Assembly (NCBI GenBank): GCA_965277285.1
Contig: OZ255721.1
Coordinates: forward strand, 352,001-416,000
Direction: 5' to 3'
Length of the DNA: 64,000 nt
DNA from: Abditibacteriaceae bacterium
GTDB lineage: Bacteria > Armatimonadota > Abditibacteriia > Abditibacteriales > Abditibacteriaceae
The stretch's first letter is position 1, and each line of letters opens with the position of its first letter. Below, piece by piece: positions 39,760 to 50,136 of the stretch. A program made the position numbers and the translations under genes. The notes under the pieces were generated by a model. That model was not told where the DNA came from. It saw only the letters and a list, made by a program, of their open reading frames with translations, and did no database searches.

Positions 39760-39951
39760 TCAAACTTCTTGACGAAACTTCTTGCGCCAAACCCACAACA
39801 TCACCAATTTGAAAACCAGAATCGCACCGACCACAACCAGCGGCAAAACCCAGTTCGTCGTCCGCAAGATGATCGAAGCGGCCACAAACGAAATCGCATC
39901 AAGCAAAAAAGTTTTCTTGCGCAATTGAAACGCGCGAATGAAATCGTTCAT
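39760..39951 (-). CDS. Small two-TM hypothetical membrane protein
   Basis: 63-aa ORF with two hydrophobic segments and a basic C-terminus. Confidence 0.5.
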   Translation of the reverse strand: MNDFIRAFQLRKKTFLLDAISFVAASIILRTTNWVLPLVVVGAILVFKLVMLWVWRKKFRQEV

Positions 39952-39964
39952 GGAACTTTAAACC

Positions 39965-40052
39965 AACGAACCCTGAGCGTCAGCGACGGGCTCGACGTAA
40001 AAGTTTGATGTAATTCTTACGTCGAGCCCGTCGCTGACACTCAGGGTTCGTT
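39965..40052. repeat. Hairpin repeat family A
   Basis: AACGAACCCTGAGCGTCAGCGACGGG...CCCGTCGCTGACACTCAGGGTTCGTT. Confidence 0.88.
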
Positions 40053-40090
40053 TTCTTATCAATCGAGTACTCGATTACGCCGCTTCAGCG

Positions 40091-41389
40091 TTACGCCGCT
40101 TCGACATTTTTGTTGCGCTCGCGGCTTTCGGCTAAAAGCTGCTCGCGCGTTACCAGTTTCGGCTCGTCACCTTTGGTGATGGTGTCTTCGTCAATAATGC
40201 ACTGCGCGACGCCTTTTTGACTGGGCACGTCAAACATCACGTTCGTCATGGTTTCTTCGACAATTGAACGCAAGGCGCGTGCGCCAGTCCGACGCTTCAT
40301 CGCTTCATGCGCAATGGCGCGCAAAGCTTCGGGCGTGAACTGCAATTCGACGCCATCGGCCTGCAGCATTTTGGCGAATTGCTTAGTCACGGCGTTGCGT
40401 GGCTCAGTCAAAATGCTGACCATCGCTTCTTCGTTCAACGGTTCCAATGTCGCCAGAACGGGCAGGCGACCGATGAATTCGGGAATGAAACCGTGCTTCA
40501 TCAAATCGTCCGGCGTCGTTTGCGTGAGTAGAGCAGCGCGCGCAATCGAATCGGAAATCTTCGCCTGCGGATTGGCGCGAAAACCCATCGTCGTCTGGCG
40601 CACGCGCTTTTCGATGACTTTTTCCAGCCCTTCAAATGCGCCGCCGCAAATGAACAACACGCCACTTGTGTCGATCTGAATATATTCCTGCTGCGGATGT
40701 TTGCGCCCACCTTGAGGCGGAACAGCCGCGATAGTGCCTTCCAAAATCTTCAACAACGCTTGCTGCACGCCTTCGCCCGAAACGTCGCGCGTGATCGAAG
40801 GGTTTTCGCTTTTGCGCGTGATTTTATCGATTTCGTCAATATAAACGATGCCGCGTTGCGCTGCTTCCGCATCGCCGTCCGCCGCTTGAATCAGCTTCAG
40901 CAGAATGTTTTCCACGTCTTCGCCGACGTAGCCGGCTTCAGTCAAACTCGTCGCGTCAGCGATAGTGAACGGCACATTGAGGATTTTCGCCAGCGTCTTC
41001 GCCAACAGCGTTTTGCCGCTTCCGGTCGGGCCGATCAGCAGAATGTTGCTTTTTTCGAGTTCGACATCGTCACGCGCGCCCGAATCTTGAATCGCGGTGC
41101 GCTTGTAATGGTTGTAAACCGCGACGCTGAGCACGCGCTTGGCTTTTTCCTGTCCAACGACGTATTGATCCAGAACGTCCTTGATTTCTTGCGGCTTGGG
41201 CAAGGCTTTCAGCTTGGTATTGCTTTCGGCATGGACTTCGGGATGCGCTTCCTTGCCGATGATTTCGTTGCACAAATCGACGCACTCGACGCAAATGTAA
41301 ACGCCCGGCCCCGCAATCAGGTTAGCGACTTGCTCGCGCCTTTTGCCGCAAAACGAACAACGCAGATTTTCGCGGTCTTCTCCAAACAT
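40091..41389 (-). CDS. clpX: ATP-dependent Clp protease ATPase subunit ClpX
   Basis: CSFCGK zinc finger, [30 protein letters not shown]. Confidence 0.97.
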   Translation of the reverse strand: MFGEDRENLRCSFCGKRREQVANLIAGPGVYICVECVDLCNEIIGKEAHPEVHAESNTKLKALPKPQEIKDVLDQYVVGQEKAKRVLSVAVYNHYKRTAIQDSGARDDVELEKSNILLIGPTGSGKTLLAKTLAKILNVPFTIADATSLTEAGYVGEDVENILLKLIQAADGDAEAAQRGIVYIDEIDKITRKSENPSITRDVSGEGVQQALLKILEGTIAAVPPQGGRKHPQQEYIQIDTSGVLFICGGAFEGLEKVIEKRVRQTTMGFRANPQAKISDSIARAALLTQTTPDDLMKHGFIPEFIGRLPVLATLEPLNEEAMVSILTEPRNAVTKQFAKMLQADGVELQFTPEALRAIAHEAMKRRTGARALRSIVEETMTNVMFDVPSQKGVAQCIIDEDTITKGDEPKLVTREQLLAESRERNKNVEAA

Positions 41390-41531
41390 GGCCACAGGAC
41401 AACTCCCGATAAACAACGTTTTTCAACTTGGAACAACTTATAAACGACAATTGACGAACCGAATCTCGTTTTCGAGTACTCGATTCGTCAATTCTAACAC
41501 GACACTTGCCACTTGAACGAAATTCGACGTT

Positions 41532-42116
41532 TTAACGCGTTTCTTTTGAAATAATGCTGTCGATGATGCCATAAGATTTGGCTTCTTCGGCGCCCATCCA
41601 ATAATCGCGTTCAGCATCCGCCGCGACTTTTTCTTCCGGCTGACCTGTGTGCGTCGCAATGATTCCCGTCAACGTGCGCTTCAACGTCAACATTTCGCGC
41701 AAACTAATTTCCGCATCCGTCGCCTGGCCTTCAAAACCGCCCGACGGCTGATGAATCATGACGCGAGCGTGCGGCGTGCAATAACGCTTGCCTTTGGCTC
41801 CAGCGCACAACAAAAGCGCGCCGTAAGATGCTGCGTAGCCCGTGCAAATGGTGGCGATGTCGGGCTTGACAGTTTGCATCGTGTCGTAAATCGAGTTACC
41901 GGCGTAAACGCTGCCGCCTGGCGACATGATATACATTTCGATGTCTTTTTCAGGGTCTTCTTTTTCCAAAAACAACAACTGCGCTTGAACGACCGAAGCC
42001 ATTTCGTCCGTGACTGGCCCGTGCAAAATAATGATTCGATCTTTCAGAAGGCGCGAATAAATATCGTAACCGCGTTCGCCGCGCGCTGTGTCTTCAACGA
42101 CGTAAGGAATAAGCAT
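41532..42116 (-). CDS. clpP: Clp protease proteolytic subunit
   Basis: [39 protein letters not shown] 42116 behind AAGGAG. Confidence 0.96.
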   Translation of the reverse strand: MLIPYVVEDTARGERGYDIYSRLLKDRIIILHGPVTDEMASVVQAQLLFLEKEDPEKDIEMYIMSPGGSVYAGNSIYDTMQTVKPDIATICTGYAASYGALLLCAGAKGKRYCTPHARVMIHQPSGGFEGQATDAEISLREMLTLKRTLTGIIATHTGQPEEKVAADAERDYWMGAEEAKSYGIIDSIISKETR

Positions 42117-42314
42117 CGAGTACTCCTTGAGATAATTTTGTCTTCTTTCACGACAGACAAATGCCGCGCGCGGTTCCATTGACACAAAAGTGCGGGCTTA
42201 ATGCAAATGAAGGAGCGATTAAAATTGCTGGCTCTTGGGAAAGATTGGAGAAAATGTAAGAACGCTTAAAGTGAAGCCTTACATCATTCTGAAAGTTTGA
42301 AGAGAAAGTAGGTT

Positions 42315-42420
42315 AAGCCATCAAACTAAAAGTTTGTCATTCTGAGTGCAGCGAAGAATCTATGTCTGAAGTTAGATTCTTCGCTGCACTCAGAATGACA
42401 AACTTTTAGTTTGATGGCTT
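42315..42420. repeat. Hairpin repeat family B with extended arms
   Basis: AAGCCATCAAACTAAAAGTTTGTCATTCTGAGTGCAGCGAAGAATC... with near-perfect inverse. Confidence 0.92.
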
Positions 42421-42443
42421 TCGCCCAATTTGGCCGCACACTT

Positions 42444-43937
42444 TTACGCGCTGACCGTCTCCGTCTTTGCTTCAGCCGGCGCAACTGCGGACGTTGCAAC
42501 TGCGGTCGCCGCTCCGGGCGTCACCGCTTCAGTAACTGCGGCTTCAGGCGTTGTAACTTCAGGAGCTTTCGCTTCGGTCGCCTTCAATTCGGTCGGTTCG
42601 ATTTCGCTGGATTCCTCATCGTCGCTTTCGAGCGGCAACGGTTCGCCTTCGGTGATGTCCGAATTTTCCACCAAATACTGCAAGGCTTTTTGCTGCAAAA
42701 TCGAAGCGCGCGCTTGTTCGACATCCAAACGCTCAACGACTTTTTCAATCGGCTGCTGCATCGCCTGCGCCGCCTGATAATAATACGATTCGAGTTCGTT
42801 TTGCGTCGCTTCCAAGCCTTCGCGCTGCGCGACTTCGTCCAAAATGAGTTCCTGCTTCATTTCGGTTTCGACTTCTATCTTGACATCGGCTTCAAACTCT
42901 TCGCGCGTTTTGCCAATCGCTGTCAGATAATTTTCCAGCGTGCCGCCGCGCTGCGCGAGTTCCGCTTCGACGTTTTGCACGCGACGATTGGCGCGATCTT
43001 CCAGCAACGTCGGCGGAACTTCAAACGGCGTGCTTTCAACCAGTTGGCGCAGCAATTCGCTGCTCACAAAATCCTGGCTTTCGCGTTCGCGGCCTTCCTG
43101 AATCGCGCCGCGCATTCGTTCGCGCACCGCCGCCATATCTTCCATGCCCAAAGTTTGCGCGAATTCGTCGGTCAACTCCGGTGCGTGCGATTCCTTCAAA
43201 GCGGTGATTTTGACCAGGAACTCGGCTTCTTTTCCGGCCAACTCTTCGTCCTTAAAATCATCGGGGTAAGTGACGGTGAAGCGGCGCTCTTCGTCCAATT
43301 GCGCGCCCATCAAATGCTCGTCAATCGAGGGCACGAAACCGCCTTCGCCCAAGACGAAACCGCGCAGTTTGCCGGGTTCGTCGCCGCGCTCTTCGCCGTT
43401 CATAAAGACGCGCAGGTCAGCGTTGAGGACATCGCCGCTTTGCGCGCCGCGACCTTCGACATCATGAAAATGCGCGCGTTGGCGCTGCAATTCTTGAAGA
43501 CCTTTTTCCACATCGTCGTCGGTGACTTCGACGCGTGGCTGCGTTGCTTTCAAGTTCGAGTACTCGACATTCATTTCCGGGCGCACAATAACGCGCGCGG
43601 TAAAGGTCAAAGGCGCGTCGCCCGAGACGGCATCGAAAGTGAGCTCATCGACTTGCGCGCGGTCGAGCGGCTGCAAACCGGTTTCCTGCAACGCAGCTTG
43701 ATAGGCTTCGGGAACGATCTGATCGCTGACGGCTTGCGCGATGGATTCGTCGCCGACTTGACGGCGCACAATCGCGGTCGGAATGTGGCCGGGACGAAAG
43801 CCGGGCACGCGCAGGCGACGACTGTAATCTTTGATGACACGCTCGCGCGCGATTTTGACAGTTTCGGGTGCGACTTCAATTTGCAGCGTGACTTGTCCGC
43901 CTTCGCCGCGCTCGACCTGCACGTTATTTAACTCCAC
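42444..43937 (-). CDS. tig: Trigger factor
   Basis: VPGFRPGHIP ribosome-binding loop, FKBP domain (YPDDF...LAGKEAEF), position upstream of clpP. Confidence 0.93.
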   Translation of the reverse strand: MELNNVQVERGEGGQVTLQIEVAPETVKIARERVIKDYSRRLRVPGFRPGHIPTAIVRRQVGDESIAQAVSDQIVPEAYQAALQETGLQPLDRAQVDELTFDAVSGDAPLTFTARVIVRPEMNVEYSNLKATQPRVEVTDDDVEKGLQELQRQRAHFHDVEGRGAQSGDVLNADLRVFMNGEERGDEPGKLRGFVLGEGGFVPSIDEHLMGAQLDEERRFTVTYPDDFKDEELAGKEAEFLVKITALKESHAPELTDEFAQTLGMEDMAAVRERMRGAIQEGRERESQDFVSSELLRQLVESTPFEVPPTLLEDRANRRVQNVEAELAQRGGTLENYLTAIGKTREEFEADVKIEVETEMKQELILDEVAQREGLEATQNELESYYYQAAQAMQQPIEKVVERLDVEQARASILQQKALQYLVENSDITEGEPLPLESDDEESSEIEPTELKATEAKAPEVTTPEAAVTEAVTPGAATAVATSAVAPAEAKTETVSA

Positions 43938-43972
43938 AGCTTCTTCCTCCGAATGGCTTCTAATTTGGGATA

Positions 43973-44157
43973 CACCGCAGAGGACGCGAAGGGCGTAGAG
44001 AAAAAGAGAAAGGCCAACAACTTTGTCATTCTGAGCGCAGTGAAGAATCTGGCTTAGAATATAGATTCTTCACTGCGCTCAGAATGACAAACCTCTACTT
44101 TTGAGTACTCGATTTCTTTTTCTTCTTTTCTCTGCGTCCTTCGCGTCCTCTGCGGTG
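43973..44157. repeat. Family C hairpin enclosing a family B hairpin (44022-44091) and a 12-mer variant (44101)
   Basis: CACCGCAGAGGACGCGAAGG...CCTTCGCGTCCTCTGCGGTG. Confidence 0.88.
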
Positions 44158-44258
44158 AAATGAATTGTTTTCAATGGCGTGACAGTTACAAAAAACGCCC
44201 CGTCACGATGGCGTGCGGGGCGAGAATCGGAACGGCAACTGAAACGACACTGGGAAAA

Positions 44259-44335
44259 TGGAGCGGAAGACCGGACTCGAACCGGCGACCCTCACCTTGG
44301 CAAGGTGATGCTCTAGCCAACTGAGCTACTTCCGC
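44259..44335 (-). tRNA. tRNA-Gly (GCC), CCA encoded
   Basis: Reverse complement GCGGAAGTAGCTCAGTTGGCTAGAGCATCACCTTGCCAAGGTGAGGGTCGCCGGTTCGAGTCCGGTCTTCCGCTCCA. Confidence 0.96.
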
Positions 44336-44425
44336 GTGACACGCCAAAAAACGACATTACAACGATCCGGCTCGACAAATTATAAACCAACAAACAGCGC
44401 ATGACAAGGGTTTACAAAGAAAAAA

Positions 44426-44499
44426 TGCTCGCGGAGGGAGTCGAACCCCCAACATCCAGATCCTAAATCTGGCGCCTCTGCCAGTTGGGCCACGCGAGC
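44426..44499 (-). tRNA. tRNA-Leu (TAG) with a short 5-nt variable loop, no encoded CCA
   Basis: GCTCGCG TG GCCCAACTGGCAGAGGC G CCAGA TTTAGGA TCTGG ATGTT GGGGG TTCGACT CCCTC CGCGAGC A. Confidence 0.9.
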
Positions 44500-44556
44500 T
44501 GCATCGCAAACCACCAATCGAGTACTCGATCCATTATAACTCAAGGCGTCTTCATC

Positions 44557-45162
44557 TCAAATGTCTTCGTTCGATTTCCCCAAAAACTTCAATACGGCTT
44601 CGACATCGGTCAATCTTAATTTTGCTAATTCGTATTGTGGATCAATTTCCAAAGAGCGCACAAAACAATCTTTAGCTTTCTGATATTTCCCCTGACAAAG
44701 CAGAACGCCACCCAAGAGCAGAAACGCTTCGTCCACGGCGCCTTTGCTGCACTCTGTCGCGCGTTGATAGAGTTCTTTGGCTTTGTCCAACTTTGAAAGC
44801 CTCACCAAAGGCTCCGCCAGAAAAATGTAACCTGAGGCGTTGTCGGGATCGCTTTCGACCGCTTTTTGAAACCAATACGCGGCCCGTTCTAAATGGCCTT
44901 GCTTTGTGTGCAATTTACCCAGCCTGTGCAGAGGAAGCCAAAGACGATTTGGGTCACACATTGACAAAGCCCTCTGCAAAGCTTCTTCCGCTTCCTTGAA
45001 GCGATAAAGCTCTGTGTAAGCAATTCCGAGGTATATCCACAAAATCTCGCAATCGCTATGTTCGTTCAAGTGAGACTTCGACATCTCAAGCAGCAAAGCC
45101 CAGCAATCGTTATCAAACGAATCTTGCATTTGCTCATAAAGTTCTTTCGGCAACGCTTTCAT
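44557..45162 (-). CDS. Tetratricopeptide repeat protein
   Basis: Repeated LG.....G....A...F..A...DP patterns. Confidence 0.85.
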   Translation of the reverse strand: MKALPKELYEQMQDSFDNDCWALLLEMSKSHLNEHSDCEILWIYLGIAYTELYRFKEAEEALQRALSMCDPNRLWLPLHRLGKLHTKQGHLERAAYWFQKAVESDPDNASGYIFLAEPLVRLSKLDKAKELYQRATECSKGAVDEAFLLLGGVLLCQGKYQKAKDCFVRSLEIDPQYELAKLRLTDVEAVLKFLGKSNEDI

Positions 45163-45197
45163 AGCTTAATCTCACGAATATCCAGTACTCGAACATT

Positions 45198-45826
45198 CTA
45201 ACTTTCAAACAGCGCAATTGTAAAATCGTCGGGCAAGCGATTCGCTTCATCAGCCACGGTTTCGCGCAGTTTGAGAATCAAATTCGTGTCGCTGAGGGAG
45301 CGGCTGTGTTCAATAATAGCGTTCCAGTTAGCGAACTTCCACACGCCGTCGGACATTGCCAGAACTTTCCACGGCGCAGTCAACTTTTGCGAAAACCCGA
45401 CAGGTTGCGCGGCGCTGCTTCCCACCGGCGGATTTTTGCGCTGATGTTCCGTCAGCAAAACGGTTTCGTCACCATTGAGCAACAAAACTGCGCTGTCGCC
45501 GCACGAAGCGCCGCAAATGAAATCTTCGTCAATGCCAAACGCGATCAATGTTGTGAAACCGGCATCTGCGTCCATTTCCACCGAGTCGTCGGCTGCGCTG
45601 ATGATTTGCAGCACGTCGTTTCGCGCTGCAAATCTTTGTCTGATAATGCCAACGCGGTTTTTATTGCCGTTTCCACTGCGACCGAAGCCGCTTTAGCACC
45701 GCCCGATTGTCCGCCCATGCCGTCAGCCAGAACGCAAAGCTGCAAGCCTGAAGAATAGCGCGCAATTTTTACGCGATCTTCGTTGCGATGATTGTGTCCC
45801 GTTTCGGAATAAGTGAAAATGCGCAT
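45198..45826 (-). pseudogene. PP2C-family Ser/Thr phosphatase split by a 1-nt frameshift
   Basis: N-half has NED and VLADGMGGQSGG; C-half in another frame has CGDS, MSDGVW, DDFT; total length 629 nt. Confidence 0.8.
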
Positions 45827-45849
45827 TTCGAGTACTCGATGCAAACCAA

Positions 45850-45882
45850 AACAGCCTTCCGAAATGTTATCGGAAGGCTGTT
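45850..45882 (-). terminator. Intrinsic terminator after the BON-domain gene
   Basis: AACAGCCTTCCGA...TCGGAAGGCTGTT with a T-run on the minus strand. Confidence 0.75.
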
Positions 45883-45898
45883 AATTACGTCGTGAAAC

Positions 45899-46465
45899 TT
45901 ACTGTTTCTTCATGGTGGCTGAAGCGCCGCCGCTGACCGTCAGGTTATTGGCGACCTTGCGTCCGCCCGCGTTCTGCGTGGCGATGCTGCCAGCCAAAGT
46001 CTTCTGCGCCGCGTTTTGAACGCTGCCGCTGAGCGTGACGCTCGTGCCCGTGCTATCAACGTTGATGTGGTTCTTCGGGTTGTTCAGGCTTGCGTTGCCG
46101 ATAATCTTCGACTTGATTTCACCCGTTTTTAGCATTCCGCCGACCGAATTGACAGCGTTGCTGGTCGCGCTCGAAACGGTGTTGCTGGCGCTCGAGGCCG
46201 CGTTGCTGACATCTTTAACCGCGTTGTTGGTGGCGCTCGAAACCGTGTTGCTTGCAGTGGAGGCGGCGTTGCTGACATCGGCCACCGCGTTGCTGGTTGT
46301 CGCTGCGGCAGCATTGGCCACGTTAGCGACTGCCGTTGAAGAATTGGTTGCTACCTGATTCTCCACTGTCGCGTCCGGTTCGCCTGCTTTGTTGCAACCT
46401 GTGACGCTGGTCAAGCCCGCCATGACGATGGCACCGGCGCCGATCCATTTTCCGAAGTTCTGCAT
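45899..46465 (-). CDS. BON-domain lipoprotein with 22-aa Ala/Ser/Asn/Thr repeats
   Basis: Lipobox VTGC; INVDS....VTLSGSV....K..A..IA......VANNL. Confidence 0.85.
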   Translation of the reverse strand: MQNFGKWIGAGAIVMAGLTSVTGCNKAGEPDATVENQVATNSSTAVANVANAAAATTSNAVADVSNAASTASNTVSSATNNAVKDVSNAASSASNTVSSATSNAVNSVGGMLKTGEIKSKIIGNASLNNPKNHINVDSTGTSVTLSGSVQNAAQKTLAGSIATQNAGGRKVANNLTVSGGASATMKKQ

Positions 46466-46699
46466 TTGTTTCTCCCGAAGTTTCTAATTATTTGCGTGTT
46501 TGCGTAAAAGTCGCGTGTATTGAAGCAAATTGAATGCCTCAACTCCAAGTTTCTTGACATTCGCAACGGCGCTTCATTATTGCCAGAATTGGTAAATGAA
46601 AAAAGACCAAAAAAGTAGAAATTCTCTGGTATTTGCTTTTTGTCGCATTATGCGAACATGCAAATGTGATCTAAATGCGACTATCGAGTACTCGAATCG

Positions 46700-47140
46700 T
46701 CAGGATTTTTCCGTATGCGGCGCGCCCAAAGTCCGCGAAAAGTAAAGGCCAGCGAAGAACAAAACGATTTGCATCAAGACGCCGAGCGATTCTTCGAGCG
46801 GCCATTTGGCGTGTTCCGCCAAGCCATTGTGCGTCGGAAACCATTTCTCTTTCATCGGCCCCATGCGGCGTGGGTCTTTGCGCAGTTCGGCGGGAATGTG
46901 TTCAAAATCGGGACAAACGGCGCCCAGAGCGCCCCAAAATTGCGGACTTTTCCAACCATGTTGCTGTCCGACGCGCGCCAAAGTTGCAAAAACCAGCGGC
47001 GTTTCGGTCGCGCCCATGTCGTGATGCGGCACAACGTCGCCCACGAAATGCGAAAACACGCCCAGCGCAAACGCCAGAACTGGACTTTTAACGCGACTTC
47101 CAACCGCAGCGCCCAACGCCGCATGAACAGAACCAGTCAT
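46700..47140 (-). CDS. Hypothetical membrane protein (H...HxxxDxxPH motif)
   Basis: SVHAALGA, FSHFVGDVVPHHD, GAVCPDFEH. Confidence 0.65.
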   Translation of the reverse strand: MTGSVHAALGAAVGSRVKSPVLAFALGVFSHFVGDVVPHHDMGATETPLVFATLARVGQQHGWKSPQFWGALGAVCPDFEHIPAELRKDPRRMGPMKEKWFPTHNGLAEHAKWPLEESLGVLMQIVLFFAGLYFSRTLGAPHTEKS

Positions 47141-47190
47141 AGAAATAAAATGAGGAATATCCAATACTCGATATTCATCATTCCGCATCA

Positions 47191-48396
47191 TTATTGAAAC
47201 TTATCAGGTGCGAATTCTTTGTAGCGATTGTAAACCTTCCACACGTAATGCTGCACCTGGCTGCCATTCGGAACGCGATAACCGGCGCGACGCACCGCTC
47301 CTGGCCCGGCGTTGTAGGCGGCGACGGCGAGCAACGTGCCATCGGCGCGGTTGCGGTAATCGTTGAGATGACCACGCAACAAACGCGCTGTACCCCACAC
47401 GTTTTGCACCGGATCCCACGCGTTGGTGATGTGCGCTTCGCTCAGGTTGAACGGCATCAACTGACCCAAACCCATAGCGCCCGAATCGCTGCGGCAATAA
47501 ATATCGAAGTCGCTTTCCACTGAAATAATCGCCGCCAGAAAGCGCGGATCCATGCCGTTGGCGGTTCCAGCTTGCAACAAAGCGAGCGCGATTTTATCGA
47601 CTAAATCGGGCGTCAGTTTCGGGTTGAAACGCCGCACCATCGCGCGATAAGCGGGCATTTGCGCGTCGAAAGTTCCGTAACTGTCGTCGTCGGTAATTGG
47701 CGCGCGATTGGAAACGAAAGGCGCCGCATTTATTGAACTTTGACGGTTTGTGTTGTTTCCAGTACTCGAATCGTCGCCCGGGCGAATGATGCGCGGCGTC
47801 GTCGCGTTCGCCGATTGGACAAGTGGAACTTCGGTTGCGGGCGGCAATTGATCAATGGCGTAGGAAACCGGCGTTTGTGTTGTGTCCGCTGTGTCGTCCG
47901 AGGCTGGCACAAAAACGGGATGCGGCTCCAACATGACAGCCAAAGGTTGCAAAACAACGGCGCTCGATTCGCTGGCATTATTGGACGCGCCTTGCCCGAC
48001 CAATGCGAGGACGCGCACTGACGCACCCGCCTGCAACAAATCGCCGTTCAAAATCTCGGGCGTTACAGAAAAGCGCACCGCTGTATTATCCACGTTCAAA
48101 ATGACGGTGCGCGCGCCGCCCTGACGAATGGTACCAGTCACAATGCCGCTGAACTCGACTGCACGACCGGCATACGAAGCTTGATCGGCGCGCACCACAT
48201 CCAGCGTCACGCGTGGATCAATTTTGAGCGATTTGCGCAGTTGCGCATACGTCGGCGTTTTCACAGATGCACTGTTGGCGGACGCGCTCACTTGCGCGCT
48301 GGATCGAGTACTCGAACGCGGCGCCGCCTGCGCTGGAGTAACGTGTGCGCTGACGGTTAAAGCTGCCAGCAAAATCGGAAGCGAAATTTTCTCCAT
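47191..48396 (-). CDS. Lytic transglycosylase (SLT domain), secreted
   Basis: AIISVESDF, GAMGLGQLMP, AVAAYNAGPGAV. Confidence 0.9.
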   Translation of the reverse strand: MEKISLPILLAALTVSAHVTPAQAAPRSSTRSSAQVSASANSASVKTPTYAQLRKSLKIDPRVTLDVVRADQASYAGRAVEFSGIVTGTIRQGGARTVILNVDNTAVRFSVTPEILNGDLLQAGASVRVLALVGQGASNNASESSAVVLQPLAVMLEPHPVFVPASDDTADTTQTPVSYAIDQLPPATEVPLVQSANATTPRIIRPGDDSSTGNNTNRQSSINAAPFVSNRAPITDDDSYGTFDAQMPAYRAMVRRFNPKLTPDLVDKIALALLQAGTANGMDPRFLAAIISVESDFDIYCRSDSGAMGLGQLMPFNLSEAHITNAWDPVQNVWGTARLLRGHLNDYRNRADGTLLAVAAYNAGPGAVRRAGYRVPNGSQVQHYVWKVYNRYKEFAPDKFQ

Positions 48397-48476
48397 GTGT
48401 GAACCTTGACCTTCGTCGGGTAATATGCCGGATTACGGGCGCGGCGCGCCAAGCTCGTACGATTCTCACTTTTTGC

Positions 48477-49877
48477 TTAAACCGCGACCAGTTCAATCAT
48501 GGTGCGCGACTTTTGCGGCGCTTGCACCGTTTTCAGAACGTGACCGCTGAAACCCCACAGAAAACCGTCCGTTGTTTCGACCTGAACCATCGAACCGGGC
48601 GGCGTGGTTTCCAAGTCGCCCGCGAAGTTGACCAGTTTGTTGGCGCGCGTGCGTCCGCTCAAGCGAGCCGCATCTTTGGCGCTGCGACCTTCAACCAAAA
48701 CTTCGACGCGTTGCCCGACTTGCGCCAGATTGATGTCGCGGCTAATTTCGCGCTGCAAGTTGATTAAATCGCTCAAACGTCGCTGCTTGGTTTCGGCAGG
48801 AACATCGTCCGGCCAATTCCAGGCATCGGTCGAATGGCGCGGCGAGTAGGCGAACAAAAATGCGTTGTCGAAGCGAATCTGCTCGAAGGCACGCACCGTT
48901 TCCTGATATTCTTCTTCGCTTTCGCCACAAAACCCGATAATGCAATCGGTCGTAATTGCGACGTTCGGTATGCGTTCGCGCACTCGCTCGACAATTTCGC
49001 GGTATTTTTCAATGGTATAAGTGCGCTTCATGCGACGCAAACAATTGTTGCTGCCGCTTTGCAATGGCATATGCAAATGCTCGCAAACCGAAGGCAATTG
49101 TGCAATCGTGTCAATCAAACGCTGATTGAAATACATTGGGTGCGGACTGGTATAACGCACGCGCAAAGTCGGGTCAATGGTGTTGATTTGTTCGAGCAGC
49201 CAAGCGAAATCCAGTCGCTGACCGTCGTCGAGTTTCCCCAGATCGTGGCCATAGGCGTTGACGGTTTGCCCCAGCAGCGTGACTTCGCGGTAGCCTAAAT
49301 CGCGCAATTGCCGAATTTCATCGAGAACTTCGCTTGGGCGACGCGAGATTTCGCGGCCTCGCGCGCTGGGAACCGCGCAATAAGTGCAGTTGAAATTGCA
49401 ACCGAAAATCACGTCGACAAAGGCCGAAACCGCGCTCGAACGGCGAACCGGCGTAATCGGCGTCGGATCGCATTCCAAATCCAGCCCGTCATCGAAACCG
49501 TCATGATTTCGATGACTCGATGCTTGAACGCTGCGCAGCAAATGCGGCAGATGGTGAATGTTGCGTGGCCCCAACAAAATGTCGACTTCGGGCACGCGAC
49601 GACGAATCGAATCGGCTTCGCGCTGTGCCATACAACCGGCGACGCCGATCACCAAATTGGGCTTTTTTTCTTTCAGCAAGCGCAGTTGGCCAAGTTCGGT
49701 GTAAAGTTTGTGCTCGGGGCGCTCGCGCACGGCGCAAGTGTTCATCAGCAACACGTCGGCTTCGGCGGGTTCGTCGGTTGGCGCGTAGCCCAGCGCGTCG
49801 AGCATTCCGGCCATGCGCTCGCTGTCGTGGACGTTCATCTGGCAACCAAAAGTTTGAATATAATAACGCGGTTTCAT
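48477..49877 (-). CDS. miaB: tRNA-2-methylthio-N6-dimethylallyladenosine synthase
   Basis: TFGCQMNVHDSE, NTCAVRE, GCNFNCTYCAVP, LLGQTVN, C-terminal TRAM domain. Confidence 0.95.
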   Translation of the reverse strand: MKPRYYIQTFGCQMNVHDSERMAGMLDALGYAPTDEPAEADVLLMNTCAVRERPEHKLYTELGQLRLLKEKKPNLVIGVAGCMAQREADSIRRRVPEVDILLGPRNIHHLPHLLRSVQASSHRNHDGFDDGLDLECDPTPITPVRRSSAVSAFVDVIFGCNFNCTYCAVPSARGREISRRPSEVLDEIRQLRDLGYREVTLLGQTVNAYGHDLGKLDDGQRLDFAWLLEQINTIDPTLRVRYTSPHPMYFNQRLIDTIAQLPSVCEHLHMPLQSGSNNCLRRMKRTYTIEKYREIVERVRERIPNVAITTDCIIGFCGESEEEYQETVRAFEQIRFDNAFLFAYSPRHSTDAWNWPDDVPAETKQRRLSDLINLQREISRDINLAQVGQRVEVLVEGRSAKDAARLSGRTRANKLVNFAGDLETTPPGSMVQVETTDGFLWGFSGHVLKTVQAPQKSRTMIELVAV

Positions 49878-49946
49878 CGGCCTTCTTATTTTACCTGATT
49901 CGAGAAGCTGTCCGCGAAATGCGCAATAATTAACTTGGGTTATATC

Positions 49947-50036
49947 GTAGGGGCGTCAGCTTGCTATGCCCGAATTTGAAGTCGAGTACTCGAAAATGGA
50001 CGCAGCGTTTCAGGCGCAGCAAGCTGATGCCCTTAC
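49947..50036. repeat. GTAG-type REP doublet (REPIN-like) with a 12-mer in the spacer
   Basis: GTAGGGGCGTCAGCTTGCT...AGCAAGCTGATGCCCTTAC; 12-mer at 49982. Confidence 0.75.
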
Positions 50037-50136
50037 AAAATTTCACGCGGCTTGCGCGGACAATTCATACCAAAACAGCCCGCCGATTCCGAAGAACCAG
50101 CGGGCTGTTTTTCAATATCGAGTACTCGATATTGTT

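Noticed and set aside
40075..40102. 12-bp direct repeat TTACGCCGCTTC at the clpX stop as a target-site duplication
   Set aside because: The copies are only 4 bp apart with nothing inserted; more likely local slippage
42411..43931. Long antisense ORFs (e.g. 42411-43931 +, 32615-33769 -, 19181-20209 -, 5682-6674 +, 21801-22889 +, 61345-62253 -)
   Set aside because: Shadow frames opposite well-supported genes, with no recognisable motifs
44259..45192. Genomic island or prophage integrated at the tRNA genes
   Set aside because: No integrase and no duplicated tRNA 3' end found
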